Origin: Planctomycetota bacterium
GTDB taxonomy: Bacteria; Planctomycetota; SZUA-567; H5-PLA8
Assembly (NCBI GenBank): GCA_038227875.1
Contig: JBBRPR010000018.1
Coordinates: 82,106-146,105, forward strand
Reading direction: 5' to 3'
DNA length: 64,000 nt
The notes under the pieces were generated by a model. It searched no databases. It saw only the letters and a list, made by a program, of their open reading frames with translations, and was not told the origin of the DNA. A program made the translations under genes and the position numbers. Positions within the stretch are counted from its first letter, which is position 1, and each line of letters opens with the position of its first letter. Shown here piece by piece: positions 48,751 to 58,820 of the stretch.

Positions 48751-48885
48751 GAGTCATTGGTCATTGGGCAATGGTCATTTTTCATTTGTCATTCACGGGG
48801 TGCGAAGGCGAGCAGTTAGTTCGCGGCGCCATGCTCCTCGTAAATGAAAAATGACCGATGACCATTGCCCAATGACCAATGACTC
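48751..48885. repeat. Inverted arrays of GGTCATT-type heptamer repeats
   Basis: Perfect 28-bp inverted repeat at 48751-48778 and 48858-48885. Confidence 0.85.
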
Positions 48886-48887
48886 AG

Positions 48888-49415
48888 TTACCGCATCCGC
48901 TTCCGCCACCATCGCTTGCTCAGTCCCTGCGCCCAGCCGGGTGGAGGATCTTTTTTGCCGGAGCGGAAGGCGCGCAGCAGCGCCAGGCGGCGCGTCGCGT
49001 TCTTCTCGCGCCCGAACTTGCCGCGCTTGAGCACTTCGGTGAAGCCCTGCATCGCCTTGTCCGTGTCACCGGATTTCTCGTCGACGCTGGCGATGTGGAA
49101 AAGCGCGTTCTCGGCAAGCGCCGGCGACGTTTCCTTCTCGGCGACATGCTGAAACGCTTCGCGGGCCTGTTTCAGCTTGCCCATCTTCTTCTGCAGGATG
49201 AAACCTTCGGTGAAGCGCGCCTGCGTGGCGTGCCAGTCATTGGGGTAGCGTTCAATCACGGCGCGGTAGCCGCTGAGCGCCGTTTCGTATTCGCCCTTCT
49301 GAAAGTGCTGATCGGCTTCCGCGAACAACGTCGCCGGCGTCGCGGCAGTCTCCGCGTGAGCGGCGCCGGCGAGCAGCAACAGCAGAGCGCAGAGCGCTGC
49401 GCACTTACTTTGCAT
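48888..49415 (-). CDS. Exported TPR protein
   Basis: Signal peptide (AHA); BamD/YbgF-like TPR pattern (ERYPND, AENALF); start overlaps the upstream stop. Confidence 0.85.
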   Translation of the reverse strand: MQSKCAALCALLLLLAGAAHAETAATPATLFAEADQHFQKGEYETALSGYRAVIERYPNDWHATQARFTEGFILQKKMGKLKQAREAFQHVAEKETSPALAENALFHIASVDEKSGDTDKAMQGFTEVLKRGKFGREKNATRRLALLRAFRSGKKDPPPGWAQGLSKRWWRKRMR

Positions 49416-50163
49416 GGTCGGCTCCCACTCCCGCTGTGGACGCCGGTTGGCCCAGGTCGCTGGCTTCGCTCAACGTTGCGGTGGCGAGCTTCAGTGAATC
49501 CTGGAGCGGCGCGGGGGCATCGTCACTCATCGATTCGCGCAGCTTTTCCAGACGCGCCTTGATGTCCGCCGCGTGGATGCCGCCAAGAATTTCGCGCATC
49601 TGTTCGGGGTTCTTCACATCCAGCGCGAGAATCCGTTCCACGTACAGTTCCGCGTCTTCGGTCAGCGACTTGGCTTCGCCATCGCCGGCATTTTCGAACG
49701 TTTCCTGGAGCTGTTCGAGTTCATCCAGCACCTGTTTGTCGCGGACGCTGGCCTGCAGCGTGGCGACGCGCGCAGAGAGCGACGCATCGCTGCTTTGAAC
49801 CGCGCCCGGTGTAACCAGCGCCACTTCCGACGGTTTCGGATGAACGAAGTTGACCACGCCCCACGCGGTGAGTGCCAGCATCGCCGCGGCCGCGGTCGCG
49901 ACCCACGCGCGTCGGCTCCAGCCCCGGCGCACTTCAAAGGCATTGATCTTCCCCGTGACCGCGCGACGGTGATCGACGAAATTCACATCGTGTCCGCCTG
50001 CAGAGAGTATCTCCGAAAGCAGCGCATCGTCGCGCTTCACGCGCGCGGCGTACGCGGCACAGGCCGGGCAGCTCTTCAAATGAGCGCTGACAGCGGCGTC
50101 GATTTGCGGCGCGGCCGGATCGGACTGCGCTTCGAGCGCCTGTTGAACATCGCTGCAAGTCAT
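49405..50163 (-). CDS. Zinc-finger (HxxxCxxC) membrane anti-sigma factor
   Basis: MTC...HLKSCPAC, single TM helix, directly downstream of an ECF sigma. Confidence 0.85.
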   Translation of the reverse strand: MTCSDVQQALEAQSDPAAPQIDAAVSAHLKSCPACAAYAARVKRDDALLSEILSAGGHDVNFVDHRRAVTGKINAFEVRRGWSRRAWVATAAAAMLALTAWGVVNFVHPKPSEVALVTPGAVQSSDASLSARVATLQASVRDKQVLDELEQLQETFENAGDGEAKSLTEDAELYVERILALDVKNPEQMREILGGIHAADIKARLEKLRESMSDDAPAPLQDSLKLATATLSEASDLGQPASTAGVGADHAK

Positions 50164-50173
50164 CGTCGTGTCC

Positions 50174-50764
50174 TCACTTCCAGTCCTTCAAAATCGACTG
50201 CAACGTCTGCCGTGCCGTAAACAACCGCCAGCGCACTGTGGCCACTTCTGAATCGGTGATCTCCGCGATCTCCGCGTGGCTCAAACCTTCTCCGAACCGT
50301 AGTGCCACCACCGTGCGCTGATCTTCCGGGAGTTTCCGCACCGCCTCGCGGACCGCGTCGGTCAGGCCCTCGTGCGTATGCGGATTTCCTGTACTTCCTG
50401 AAAACTCCTCCGGCTTCAATTCCACGACCGGTTTGCGGTCGCGCACCCAGCGCAGGTATCTGTGATACCCAATCTTCAGCAACCAGCCCCTAAAGAGGGA
50501 GGGATCCTGCAGACTGGCCAGGTTCCGGTACGCCTGCAGCCACGCATCTTGCGCCAGATCGTCGGCGTTAACCGCTGACCCCGTCAGCGTTTGCAGATAC
50601 CGCAGCAAGGGGCGGCCATGCACCTCCACCAGGCGGTCAAACGCCTCGCGGTCGCCAAACTGGGCCGCTTTCACCCATGTGCTCGGGTCATCCACCAAAG
50701 GAGAAGAGACCTCACCATGCCGCTGCGTTTGTGGAAATCCCGTCGGCCCGTTGAAAAAGTCCAT
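50174..50764 (-). CDS. ECF RNA polymerase sigma factor
   Basis: GDREAFDRLV, ADDLAQD, FRGWL, EIAEI...TVRWRLFTAR; start uncertain. Confidence 0.92.
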   Translation of the reverse strand: MDFFNGPTGFPQTQRHGEVSSPLVDDPSTWVKAAQFGDREAFDRLVEVHGRPLLRYLQTLTGSAVNADDLAQDAWLQAYRNLASLQDPSLFRGWLLKIGYHRYLRWVRDRKPVVELKPEEFSGSTGNPHTHEGLTDAVREAVRKLPEDQRTVVALRFGEGLSHAEIAEITDSEVATVRWRLFTARQTLQSILKDWK

Positions 50765-50959
50765 TCCGCCACATTTCTTTCGTGGCGTCGGCAAAGGGTT
50801 TATCAACGGCAGCCAGGCTAAGCGTACGGGATTTTCGAGAATTCGAAACACGAAGTTGGCGGGAGGAAAAGAGCGTATTTAGTTTTCACACCTTCTTGTA
50901 TTGAATCTCGCTGCGTATAGAAACTCTCTCGTCCAAAAATACGGGTCAAGGAGCGCGAT

Positions 50960-53182
50960 GTGAAAAAGTGGATGTGCATGATCTTAATGCTGTTCATCAG
51001 CGGCTGCGGCGACGGCCAGACGCCGCCGGCGGGTACGGGGACGAGCGCCGCCTCGCCCGGCACAGCGACGAGCACGCAAACCGCCGCACCGCGGACGTGG
51101 ACGGTGGACTCCAAGCCCGGCGCGGATTTCACCAGCGTGACGCAAGCCGCGCGCGAAGCCGGACCACAGGACACGATCAAAGTGCGCCCCGGCACTTATG
51201 TGGGTGCCACGGTCCTGCTCTCCAAACAGATGACGCTGATCGGCGAGGGCAAGGCCAGCGAAATCATCATCCAGTGCGAGAAATCGAGCGCTGTGATTGT
51301 GGACGGGGCAGATGTCAAAATTTCCAATGTCACCCTGATCTCCAATTCCGAACAACCGGCCGTGCATGTGCGCGTGGGAAAATTCGCGCTGCAGGATTGC
51401 ACGGTCACATGTAAGCAGGGCACGGCAGTTTTTCTGGGCGGCATGTCGGATGCGACGCTCACACAAAATCTGCTGACCGGAAGCACGCTGGGTCTTAACG
51501 TGGAGGGCATTCTGTCCGCGGAGAAGAATACGATTTCCGAAAACGAGGACGGCGTCCTGGCCTTTGGCAAGAGCTTGATGTTCAAGAACAATCGTCTGGC
51601 TCGAAATAAGGATAACGGATTGATAATTCGTTCCACCCTGAAGCCGCAGGTGGCCGAATCCAACGAAATCTTTCTCAGCACGACCGGCGTCCTGATCATG
51701 GGAAAGGTCGATCCGGTCATCCGCAAGAACAAGATCCACGACATCGGTTGCGGCGGGGTTCAGTTCGACAAGGGATGCACGGGCCTGTGCGAAGAAAATG
51801 AAATTCAGCACTGCCATATTGCCGTACGTGTGGCCGGTTGTGAAAAAGTGAGCGTCAGTAAGAACAAGCTTCACGATAACTATTGCGGCGTATTTGCGGA
51901 CCTGAAAGGCAGCGCCGTGGTGGATGGCAACGACATCTGGAAATCGGAAGCCTGTGGAGTCTATTGCGAAAAGGGCGGCGATCTGAAGGTGACGCACAAC
52001 ACGATCCACGAGTGCGACAGTAATGGCTGTGGCGTGTGGGCCACGATGATCATTGAAGACAACGACATCTATAAGAATGGACAGCCGGGAATCCTGGTGC
52101 AGGTTGATGGCGTATGTCAGGCGCGCCGCAACAAGATTCACGACCAGACCTATTACGGAGTTTCCACGTATGGAAAAGGGATTTTTGAAGACAACGACAT
52201 CACTAGCAATCGGGAGTACGGTGTGATGGTCCGGCCCAAATCCGGAGCCGTGTTTCGAAAAAACCGGATCACCGGGAACCATGATCATGGCGTCTTCGTC
52301 AGCAAGGACGCCGGTGGAACTTTTGAAGACAATGAGATCACCGGAAATGACTACGGTGCCTGGGAGACAGAAGAACCCGCACCGCCACTGACGCGAGTCC
52401 GGAACAAAGTTGACCCGAACGCCGTCTCGCGCGCGAAGGTCGGCGACTGGATGGATGTAGTCCTGAAACAAACCGGACCCAAAACGCACACCAGCCACTT
52501 GCGCATGGTTCTGACCGCCAAGAACGAATTCGAAGGTCAATGTGAGCAGCTTCAATGGGACGATGGCAAGTCGCCCATCAAGTCCAACGTCATTCGCAGG
52601 ACCGGCGAACAGCACGTATTCCTGCAGGATTTCATGAACGAACTGCAAGAGGAGGCCGGACATCACGAACTCGATCACGGGCAGGAGGTCCTGGAGATCA
52701 ACGGTAGACATTTGAATACGACATGGACCACCTACGAACTGCGTTTGCGAAAGATGAAGCTGGGGCAACTTCCGATCAAAATGAAAGTCTGGATCTCGCC
52801 AGAATTGCCCATCGATGAGACGGTCAAGGCTGTCGTGAACCTGAACAACGAGATGACGGTGGAATTCTGCGTTGTTGCCTTCGGCGACGCCAACACCCCC
52901 AAGCCCGATGCGCCAGTGAAAACAGACACACCCAAGCGACCGGATGTCGTGATTCCTCCTCCCGCCAACACGCCACCGGCCGTGAAGCCGCCAGTTGCCG
53001 AAGCCCCCGTTGAAAAGCCGAAGCCCAAGGCCGCAAAGATCTCCGTGCTCAAACTCAAAAACGGCAGCGAAATTCGCGCGACGCTGGTGATCGAAACCGG
53101 CGAGCAGTATTCCGTCAAAAATGAAGAAGGCGACTATCAAACGCTGAACAAGGACGACGTCGTCACCATCACAAAAGAGTGA
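50960..53182 (+). CDS. Lipoprotein with right-handed parallel beta-helix (NosD/CASH-like) repeats and extra C-terminal domains
   Basis: Lipobox ISGC; DTIKVRPGTY; many NxIxxN repeats; Pro-rich linker; SD aaggag. Confidence 0.85.
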   Translation: MKKWMCMILMLFISGCGDGQTPPAGTGTSAASPGTATSTQTAAPRTWTVDSKPGADFTSVTQAAREAGPQDTIKVRPGTYVGATVLLSKQMTLIGEGKASEIIIQCEKSSAVIVDGADVKISNVTLISNSEQPAVHVRVGKFALQDCTVTCKQGTAVFLGGMSDATLTQNLLTGSTLGLNVEGILSAEKNTISENEDGVLAFGKSLMFKNNRLARNKDNGLIIRSTLKPQVAESNEIFLSTTGVLIMGKVDPVIRKNKIHDIGCGGVQFDKGCTGLCEENEIQHCHIAVRVAGCEKVSVSKNKLHDNYCGVFADLKGSAVVDGNDIWKSEACGVYCEKGGDLKVTHNTIHECDSNGCGVWATMIIEDNDIYKNGQPGILVQVDGVCQARRNKIHDQTYYGVSTYGKGIFEDNDITSNREYGVMVRPKSGAVFRKNRITGNHDHGVFVSKDAGGTFEDNEITGNDYGAWETEEPAPPLTRVRNKVDPNAVSRAKVGDWMDVVLKQTGPKTHTSHLRMVLTAKNEFEGQCEQLQWDDGKSPIKSNVIRRTGEQHVFLQDFMNELQEEAGHHELDHGQEVLEINGRHLNTTWTTYELRLRKMKLGQLPIKMKVWISPELPIDETVKAVVNLNNEMTVEFCVVAFGDANTPKPDAPVKTDTPKRPDVVIPPPANTPPAVKPPVAEAPVEKPKPKAAKISVLKLKNGSEIRATLVIETGEQYSVKNEEGDYQTLNKDDVVTITKE

Positions 53183-53253
53183 GTTACGGGCACGGGTGAG
53201 CAGGAGAGGCGCTTGCGCGCGAACTCCCGCCCATCCGTGTAACGAGGCTTGCT

Positions 53254-54687
53254 TTACAGTTCCAGTCCCTTCGCCACGGCCGCGCCGTATTCCGGATCGG
53301 CTTTGGTGAAGTGGGCGATCTGGCGGAGCTGAATTTCCTTCGGCACGCTCTTCATGCTGGCGACGATGTTGCCGATGAGGCGCTGGCGCTCCGGCGCTGT
53401 CATCAACCGATAGAGATCGCCGGCCTGATAGAAATCGTCGTTGCCCACATGATGATCGAAACGATCCGCGGCGCCGCTCAGCGGCAACGGCGGTTCCTTG
53501 AACGACGCATCGGCCCCCGGTCCGGCGAAACTGTTGGGCTCATATACCGGCGAACCACCGCCGTTGCCGTCGACACGCATACCGCCGTCGCGCTGGTACG
53601 TGTGGACCAGGCTGCGCGGCTTGTTGACCGGGATCTCGTGGTGGTTCACACCGAGGCGGTAGCGGTGTGCGTCGGGGTAAGCGAACAGGCGCGTCTGGAG
53701 CATTTTGTCCGGCGAGAAGGCGATGCCGGGAACGATGTTCGACGGCGTGAACGCGGCCTGCTCGACGTCGGCGAAATAGTTCTCGGGATTGCGGTTGAGC
53801 TCCAACGTGCCGACTTCAATCAGCGGGAATTGCTTGTGCGACCAGACCTTCGTGACGTCGAAGGGATTGTCGCGGTGCGCCGCGGCCTGGGCTTCGGTCA
53901 TCACCTGGATGCAAAAGCGCCACTGCGGGAATTCCTTCTTCTCGATCGCTTGAAAGAGATCTCGCGTGGCGTGATCGGGATCGCGACCACACATCTCCGT
54001 CGCTGCTTCGCGCGTGAAATTCTGAATGCCCTGTTTGTTCTTGAAGTGGAATTTCACCCAGACGCGTTCGTTCTTCGCATTGATCATACCGAAGGTGTGG
54101 CTGCCGAAACCGTCCATGTGGCGGTAGGTGCGGGGCGTGCCGCGGTCGCTGAAGAGGATGGTGACCTGGTGGACCGATTCGGGGCTTAGCGACCAGAAGT
54201 CCCACATCATCGTCGGCGATTTGCAGTTGGTTTTCGGATCGCGCTTCTGTGTGTGGATGAAGTCGGGAAACTTGATCCCGTCACGGATGAAAAACACCGG
54301 CGTGTTGTTGCCGACGATATCCCAGTTGCCTTCTTCCGTGTAAAATCGGACCGCGAAGCCGCGAGGGTCACGCTCCGCGTCGGCCGATCCTTTCTCGCCG
54401 CCGACTGTTGAGAAGCGCAGGAATGCCTCGGTCTTCTTGCCGACCTGCGAGAACACCTTCGCGCGCGTCAAATGCGAGATGTCTTTCGTGATCGTCAGCG
54501 TCCCGAATGCGCCGGCGCCTTTGGCATGGACGACGCGCTCCGGAATGCGTTCGCGGTTGAAGTGCGCGAGTTTCTCGATGACTTGAAAGTCCTGCATCAA
54601 CACCGGCCCGCGCGGTCCGGCCGTGATCGAGTTCTGATTGTCCGACACCGGCTGTCCGCCGGCGGTGGTGAGCATGTTGTCGTTCAT
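53254..54687 (-). CDS. katA: Monofunctional small-subunit heme catalase
   Basis: [38 protein letters not shown]. Confidence 0.96.
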   Translation of the reverse strand: MNDNMLTTAGGQPVSDNQNSITAGPRGPVLMQDFQVIEKLAHFNRERIPERVVHAKGAGAFGTLTITKDISHLTRAKVFSQVGKKTEAFLRFSTVGGEKGSADAERDPRGFAVRFYTEEGNWDIVGNNTPVFFIRDGIKFPDFIHTQKRDPKTNCKSPTMMWDFWSLSPESVHQVTILFSDRGTPRTYRHMDGFGSHTFGMINAKNERVWVKFHFKNKQGIQNFTREAATEMCGRDPDHATRDLFQAIEKKEFPQWRFCIQVMTEAQAAAHRDNPFDVTKVWSHKQFPLIEVGTLELNRNPENYFADVEQAAFTPSNIVPGIAFSPDKMLQTRLFAYPDAHRYRLGVNHHEIPVNKPRSLVHTYQRDGGMRVDGNGGGSPVYEPNSFAGPGADASFKEPPLPLSGAADRFDHHVGNDDFYQAGDLYRLMTAPERQRLIGNIVASMKSVPKEIQLRQIAHFTKADPEYGAAVAKGLEL

Positions 54688-54729
54688 CGTATCCTCCGTT
54701 GAGTAGTTGCTGCGGTGCGCGATCAACCT

Positions 54730-54869
54730 TGGTGCCACGGATGCGCGCATTTCTGAGCGTAGCAAAGAAATGCGTTCATCCGTGCGGTGCGCTCTGATCT
54801 AGCCATACGCACGGCACGGATGAACAGTCGCTTTCGCTACGCTCAAGCGCCTGCGCATCCGTGGCACCA
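54730..54869. repeat. Inverted doublet of 56-bp GTGC-REP-like hairpins (family B)
   Basis: GGTGCCACGGATGCGC...GTTCATCCGTGC and its reverse complement; third copy at 63885-63940. Confidence 0.85.
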
Positions 54870-54909
54870 GGACGGCGCTCTAAATACGGGTTTGCAATCC
54901 ATAAGTAAA

Positions 54910-54946
54910 ATATTACTTTCCGATACAACCTATAGGATGAACCTAT
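54910..54946. promoter_or_regulatory. OxyR-type operator
   Basis: ATAT-N7-CGAT-N7-ATAG-N7-CTAT matches ATAG-N7-CTAT-N7-ATAG-N7-CTAT with 2 mismatches. Confidence 0.7.
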
Positions 54947-55820
54947 GGAACTTCATCAGCTCAAATACTTCGTCGCGGTCGCCCGAAACAGCAGCTTCAG
55001 CAAGGGCGCGCGCGAATGCTTTGTTTCGCAGCCCTCGCTCAGCCAGCAGATCGCCAAGCTCGAACACGAACTCAAGCAGCGCCTCTTTCACCGCCTCGGC
55101 CGCCGCGTGAAACTTACCTCCGCCGGCGAGCGCTTTCTGGAACTGGCACAGACGGTGCTCGGCGGCGTCGACAACGCCGAGCGCGCGATGCAGGCGCTTT
55201 CGGGCCAGGGCGGCGGGCGGCTCTCAATCGGCGCGATTCCGACCATGGCGCCGTACCTCCTGCCCAAAGTCGTGGCGAAGTTCGCGGCGAAACATCCGGC
55301 CGTGCAGCTGGAGATCCACGAGCTGCTGACCCGCAACCTGCTCGACGCGGTTCTCGCCGGCACAGTCGACATCGCGATTCTGGCCAACCCAGTCTCCGAA
55401 TCGCGTGTGCGCGTGCAGCCACTGTTCATCGAACCCCTGCTCGTCGCGCTGCCAGCGACGCATGCGTTGCTGCGGCACAAGACGCTGACGCTCTCGCAGA
55501 TCCGCGACGAACGCTTCATTCTGCTCAGCGACATGCACTGCCTCGGTCAGCAGATCTCCGATTTCTGCAGCGTCAACGCGTGCTTCCGGATCGGCTGCCA
55601 CACCTCGCAGCTCGCCACGGTGCAGGCGCTGATTGGACTGAAGCAAGGCATCTCGTTGCTCCCGCGAATGGCTTGCCTGGCGGCGGAGAAGAGCGTGAAG
55701 TTCCGGCCGCTATCCGGCGATGCGCCGACTCGCGAAGTGGTGGCCGCGTGGCACCGACATCGCGAGCTCACCGCGACCGAGCGCGCGTTTTTGGCGTGCC
55801 TCGGCGGTACAAAAATGTGA
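54945..55820 (+). CDS. oxyR: LysR-family hydrogen peroxide sensor
   Basis: LysR HTH; GAIPTMAPYLLP; DMHCLGQQISDFC has the OxyR C199/C208 spacing; divergent from catalase. Confidence 0.85.
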   Translation: MELHQLKYFVAVARNSSFSKGARECFVSQPSLSQQIAKLEHELKQRLFHRLGRRVKLTSAGERFLELAQTVLGGVDNAERAMQALSGQGGGRLSIGAIPTMAPYLLPKVVAKFAAKHPAVQLEIHELLTRNLLDAVLAGTVDIAILANPVSESRVRVQPLFIEPLLVALPATHALLRHKTLTLSQIRDERFILLSDMHCLGQQISDFCSVNACFRIGCHTSQLATVQALIGLKQGISLLPRMACLAAEKSVKFRPLSGDAPTREVVAAWHRHRELTATERAFLACLGGTKM

Positions 55821-55827
55821 GCGAGTA

Positions 55828-56316
55828 CTAGAATTCGATCTTGGGCAATCGTCCGGATTTGTAATCGACGGCGGGCATCAGGGCGCTGGATGACTTGGGT
55901 TTGATCTTCAGCGCCTTCTCCACGCGCTGCAGAAGTTGCTCCGGGTCAAACGGTTTCGTCAAGTAATCGAACGCGCCCGCGATCGGCGCATAGAGTCGGT
56001 AGACCGGACGATCGTGGCCGGTGATGAAAATGATCGGCACACGGACGCCACTGCCGAGGTTCTCGGCGATCCAAAAGCCATCGTGTTCAGGCATCTGGAC
56101 ATCGAGGATCAGTAGATTGGGTGGTGAAGTCGGGTCGAATTGTGCTTTGAATTGTTCGTATCCGGTCGCAGTGTGAACCGTGTACCCAATCGGTTTGAGA
56201 ATTGTTGAGCATAGTTCGAGTATATCGGGATTATCGTCGCAGACTAAAATGGTGCGTTGCGTACGCTTGGATGCGCGGGATGATGGCAGCGGCGTTTCGG
56301 CATTGGGCGTGCTCAT
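55828..56316 (-). CDS. Single-domain response regulator
   Basis: ILVCDD, LDVQMP, FITGH, DYLTKPF. Confidence 0.9.
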   Translation of the reverse strand: MSTPNAETPLPSSRASKRTQRTILVCDDNPDILELCSTILKPIGYTVHTATGYEQFKAQFDPTSPPNLLILDVQMPEHDGFWIAENLGSGVRVPIIFITGHDRPVYRLYAPIAGAFDYLTKPFDPEQLLQRVEKALKIKPKSSSALMPAVDYKSGRLPKIEF

Positions 56317-56517
56317 ATATAGCCTTTCCACTGCGCGTCTCGCTGGTGGCATCCTGCAGAAATTACTTAATCACACGATCGAATGGAAGTAAACCCTATT
56401 CATCAAATCGACACATGTGCGCGACTGAATTCCGTCCAATTTGATAATGGACGCAACGAGAAATCGGCTCTTCAGTAAAACCACGTTGGAGATTTTTGTT
56501 TTCGATTCATATGTTGC

Positions 56518-57186
56518 TCATTTGGCCAGTTTGCGGGCGTCGGTGGTGAGACGCTGAACCTGCACCGCGTCGAGGCCATCATAGAAACCGCGAATCTGCA
56601 TCTGTTTGTCGATCAACACGAAATGGGTGCTGTGCAGAATGTCGCCGTCGTCGCGGATCTTCTCTTGTGCCGCGAGCATGAAGCTCTCGCGCGAGAGACG
56701 CATAATTGCGTCCTTGTCTCCGGTCAAAAAGAACCAGTTGCTCAAACCGTCCGCGCGCGATTGGTGATACTCCTTCAAGACCGACGGCGAATCGAATTCG
56801 GAATCCATGGTCAGTGACACCGTGGGGATTGCGCCGGCCAGCGGGCCGAGATCCTGGCGCAGTCCGCGCATCGCTTTGGCCATGCTCAGGCAGGTGCCTG
56901 GACAGCGCGTGAAGAAGAAGTCGGCGATCCAGACTTTGCCGTTGAGCTGCGCGGAGTCGAAGGGCTTGCCGTCTTCATCGGTGAATGCGAATTTCTGGAC
57001 GTGTCCGTAAATTTGCGGCGCGTCCTTGTCCGGCGTCAGTAATTGAGCTTCGTGCTGGTAGCGCGCCGCGCTGCGCACAGTGAAGACGGCGAACGTAAGC
57101 AGCAGCACTGAGCTGGCGCCGAGGCAGATCTTCAGCCAGGGGCTCGATGAATGATCTGGGCTTGAGTCTTCCGAAGGCAGTGTCAC
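56518..57186 (-). CDS. SCO1/SenC family copper chaperone
   Basis: N-terminal TM; FFTRCPGTC (CxxxC); ILHST His; IRGFYDG. Confidence 0.93.
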   Translation of the reverse strand: MTLPSEDSSPDHSSSPWLKICLGASSVLLLTFAVFTVRSAARYQHEAQLLTPDKDAPQIYGHVQKFAFTDEDGKPFDSAQLNGKVWIADFFFTRCPGTCLSMAKAMRGLRQDLGPLAGAIPTVSLTMDSEFDSPSVLKEYHQSRADGLSNWFFLTGDKDAIMRLSRESFMLAAQEKIRDDGDILHSTHFVLIDKQMQIRGFYDGLDAVQVQRLTTDARKLAK

Positions 57187-57216
57187 GTATGGAGCTCCTT
57201 GATCTCAATTGTGTAC

Positions 57217-58302
57217 CTAGAATCGCACGCCGACGTTGAATTGAATAGCGAAACGATCCTTCTGGTGAAAGCCATTCTCTTCCTGATAAATGGGCACGTT
57301 GGCGTTGACGGTCAGGACCAGACGCGGGTTGGGCTGTACGGTGATGCCGGGGATTGCATAAATGAAGGCGCCGCCGTGATCCTTGCTCGGTGTGCCGTGG
57401 TCGTGCGCCTCGTTCTCGGTGAAACCCTGCACGCCCTGGCTGTAGAAGACGCGCCACTGCCAGTTGTCGGGAGAGATGCGATGCGAGGCGTTGAGCGCCA
57501 GGCGGTTGATGTCGCCTTCTTTGAAGCGCTGGCTGCCTTCGCCCTTATGCGTGTACGAGTACGCGGCGGTCGCGGCCCATCCGCCCCAGCGCTTGCCGGC
57601 TGAAAGTCCAAGCGTTTCGTTCCAGCTGCCGGTGCCGGGCTGATCTTCGGTTTCGAAGAGGTCTCCGCCCGGTCGTCGGTTGTTGGTCGTGCCGGTCCGT
57701 GCTTTGATGTCGCCGAAGACCATCAAGTCAACCGGGCTGCCACCGGGACGTTGGTGGAGAAAGCGGTATTGCATACCCAGATCGAGATCGGTCGCGCCCG
57801 AACTGCGTTCATTTAAACCGAGGTGGTCGGGATCGTCGATTTCCTTCATGTAGAGCGAACGGAAACCCTGCGCGAGGCTGATCTGGATGTCGCGGGTGAT
57901 CGCGTACGCGAAGCGCTGCGTGACGCTGAACTCCTTGATGTGCGCATGCGTGTCGCGGTCACGTGAGAGCAGCGCGCTGGCGTCGGCGACCGACTGATGC
58001 GAGTAGCTGACGAACTCGAACGTGGTGTCAAAGTACCAGCGCGTGCGCGCGGCGCCGTCGCAACCGCATCCTTCCGAGGAGGGCGTTTCCGCGAGCGCGG
58101 ACGGTTGCGGCGCGACGCGAGAATCGGCGTTCGGCGCCGGTGTTGAGGCGGGAGTCGGGGACTTCAGCGCGCTGCGGAACGCATCATCAAGGCCGGGCGC
58201 GAGCAGATCGATGGTGTTGGCCCCCTGGCATTTGCACTGCTCGCAGGCGAGCGCACTCAGGGAGAGCATGGAAACAACGAGAGCAGCAAGAATTCGGAAC
58301 AT
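57217..58302 (-). CDS. Putative outer-membrane beta-barrel transporter (COG4313/MetA-pathway-like) with Cys/His-rich segments
   Basis: Signal peptide then CEQCKC; TDLDLGMQYRF; ARTG...QPGTGSW; terminal VRF. Confidence 0.75.
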   Translation of the reverse strand: MFRILAALVVSMLSLSALACEQCKCQGANTIDLLAPGLDDAFRSALKSPTPASTPAPNADSRVAPQPSALAETPSSEGCGCDGAARTRWYFDTTFEFVSYSHQSVADASALLSRDRDTHAHIKEFSVTQRFAYAITRDIQISLAQGFRSLYMKEIDDPDHLGLNERSSGATDLDLGMQYRFLHQRPGGSPVDLMVFGDIKARTGTTNNRRPGGDLFETEDQPGTGSWNETLGLSAGKRWGGWAATAAYSYTHKGEGSQRFKEGDINRLALNASHRISPDNWQWRVFYSQGVQGFTENEAHDHGTPSKDHGGAFIYAIPGITVQPNPRLVLTVNANVPIYQEENGFHQKDRFAIQFNVGVRF

Positions 58303-58430
58303 GGGTTTATTACGCCTCACCGGAAGAAGTCAGGAAAGTGCTGGCGCACGGGCCGTCCGCCATGCGGAACGAAGACCCGAACATCAGCGTCGGTCGGTGT
58401 GTGGCGCGAATTGGAATTGATCCGCGCCGA

Positions 58431-58820
58431 TCAGGCGCGCGGAGGGGGCGTGGGAATATCGAACGTGGACAGGTTCAGTGCGAATTCGGCGGCGACGGGA
58501 AGGGTCAGTGAGTCGCGCGCTTCAGTGTGGAACTTCACGGATTCCGGCAGCAGGAATGCGGCATCGAGGGCCAACTGAAACGCGAGGCCGGGTTCGTCGA
58601 CGTTGGAAAGTTCGCTCGAGCCGAGCGTGATCACGCGCGGCGCTTGCAGGGTTACGCTACAGGTTCGGCAGCTCGGATTGCTTTGCGGCACAACTTCGAG
58701 CGGACAATTACAAAGCGCCCGGCCGCACCGCCCGGCCAGGCGCGGCAGCTGTCCGGCGGGCAATAGGGCAACACCGAGCGTGGCGATCAGCGCCAAACCC
58801 GCGAGTATCCGCCCAAACAT
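58431..58820 (-). CDS. Cys-rich exported small protein ending PPPRA (DUF2946/CutF-like leader candidate)
   Basis: Hydrophobic N-terminus; CxxxxCxC and CxxC; C-terminal DIPTPPPRA; alternative TTG start 58838. Confidence 0.65.
   Translation of the reverse strand: MFGRILAGLALIATLGVALLPAGQLPRLAGRCGRALCNCPLEVVPQSNPSCRTCSVTLQAPRVITLGSSELSNVDEPGLAFQLALDAAFLLPESVKFHTEARDSLTLPVAAEFALNLSTFDIPTPPPRA

Noticed and set aside
54688..54765. N-terminal extension of catalase in the ORF track
   Set aside because: It lies in the REP doublet; the SD ggagg supports the ATG at 54687.
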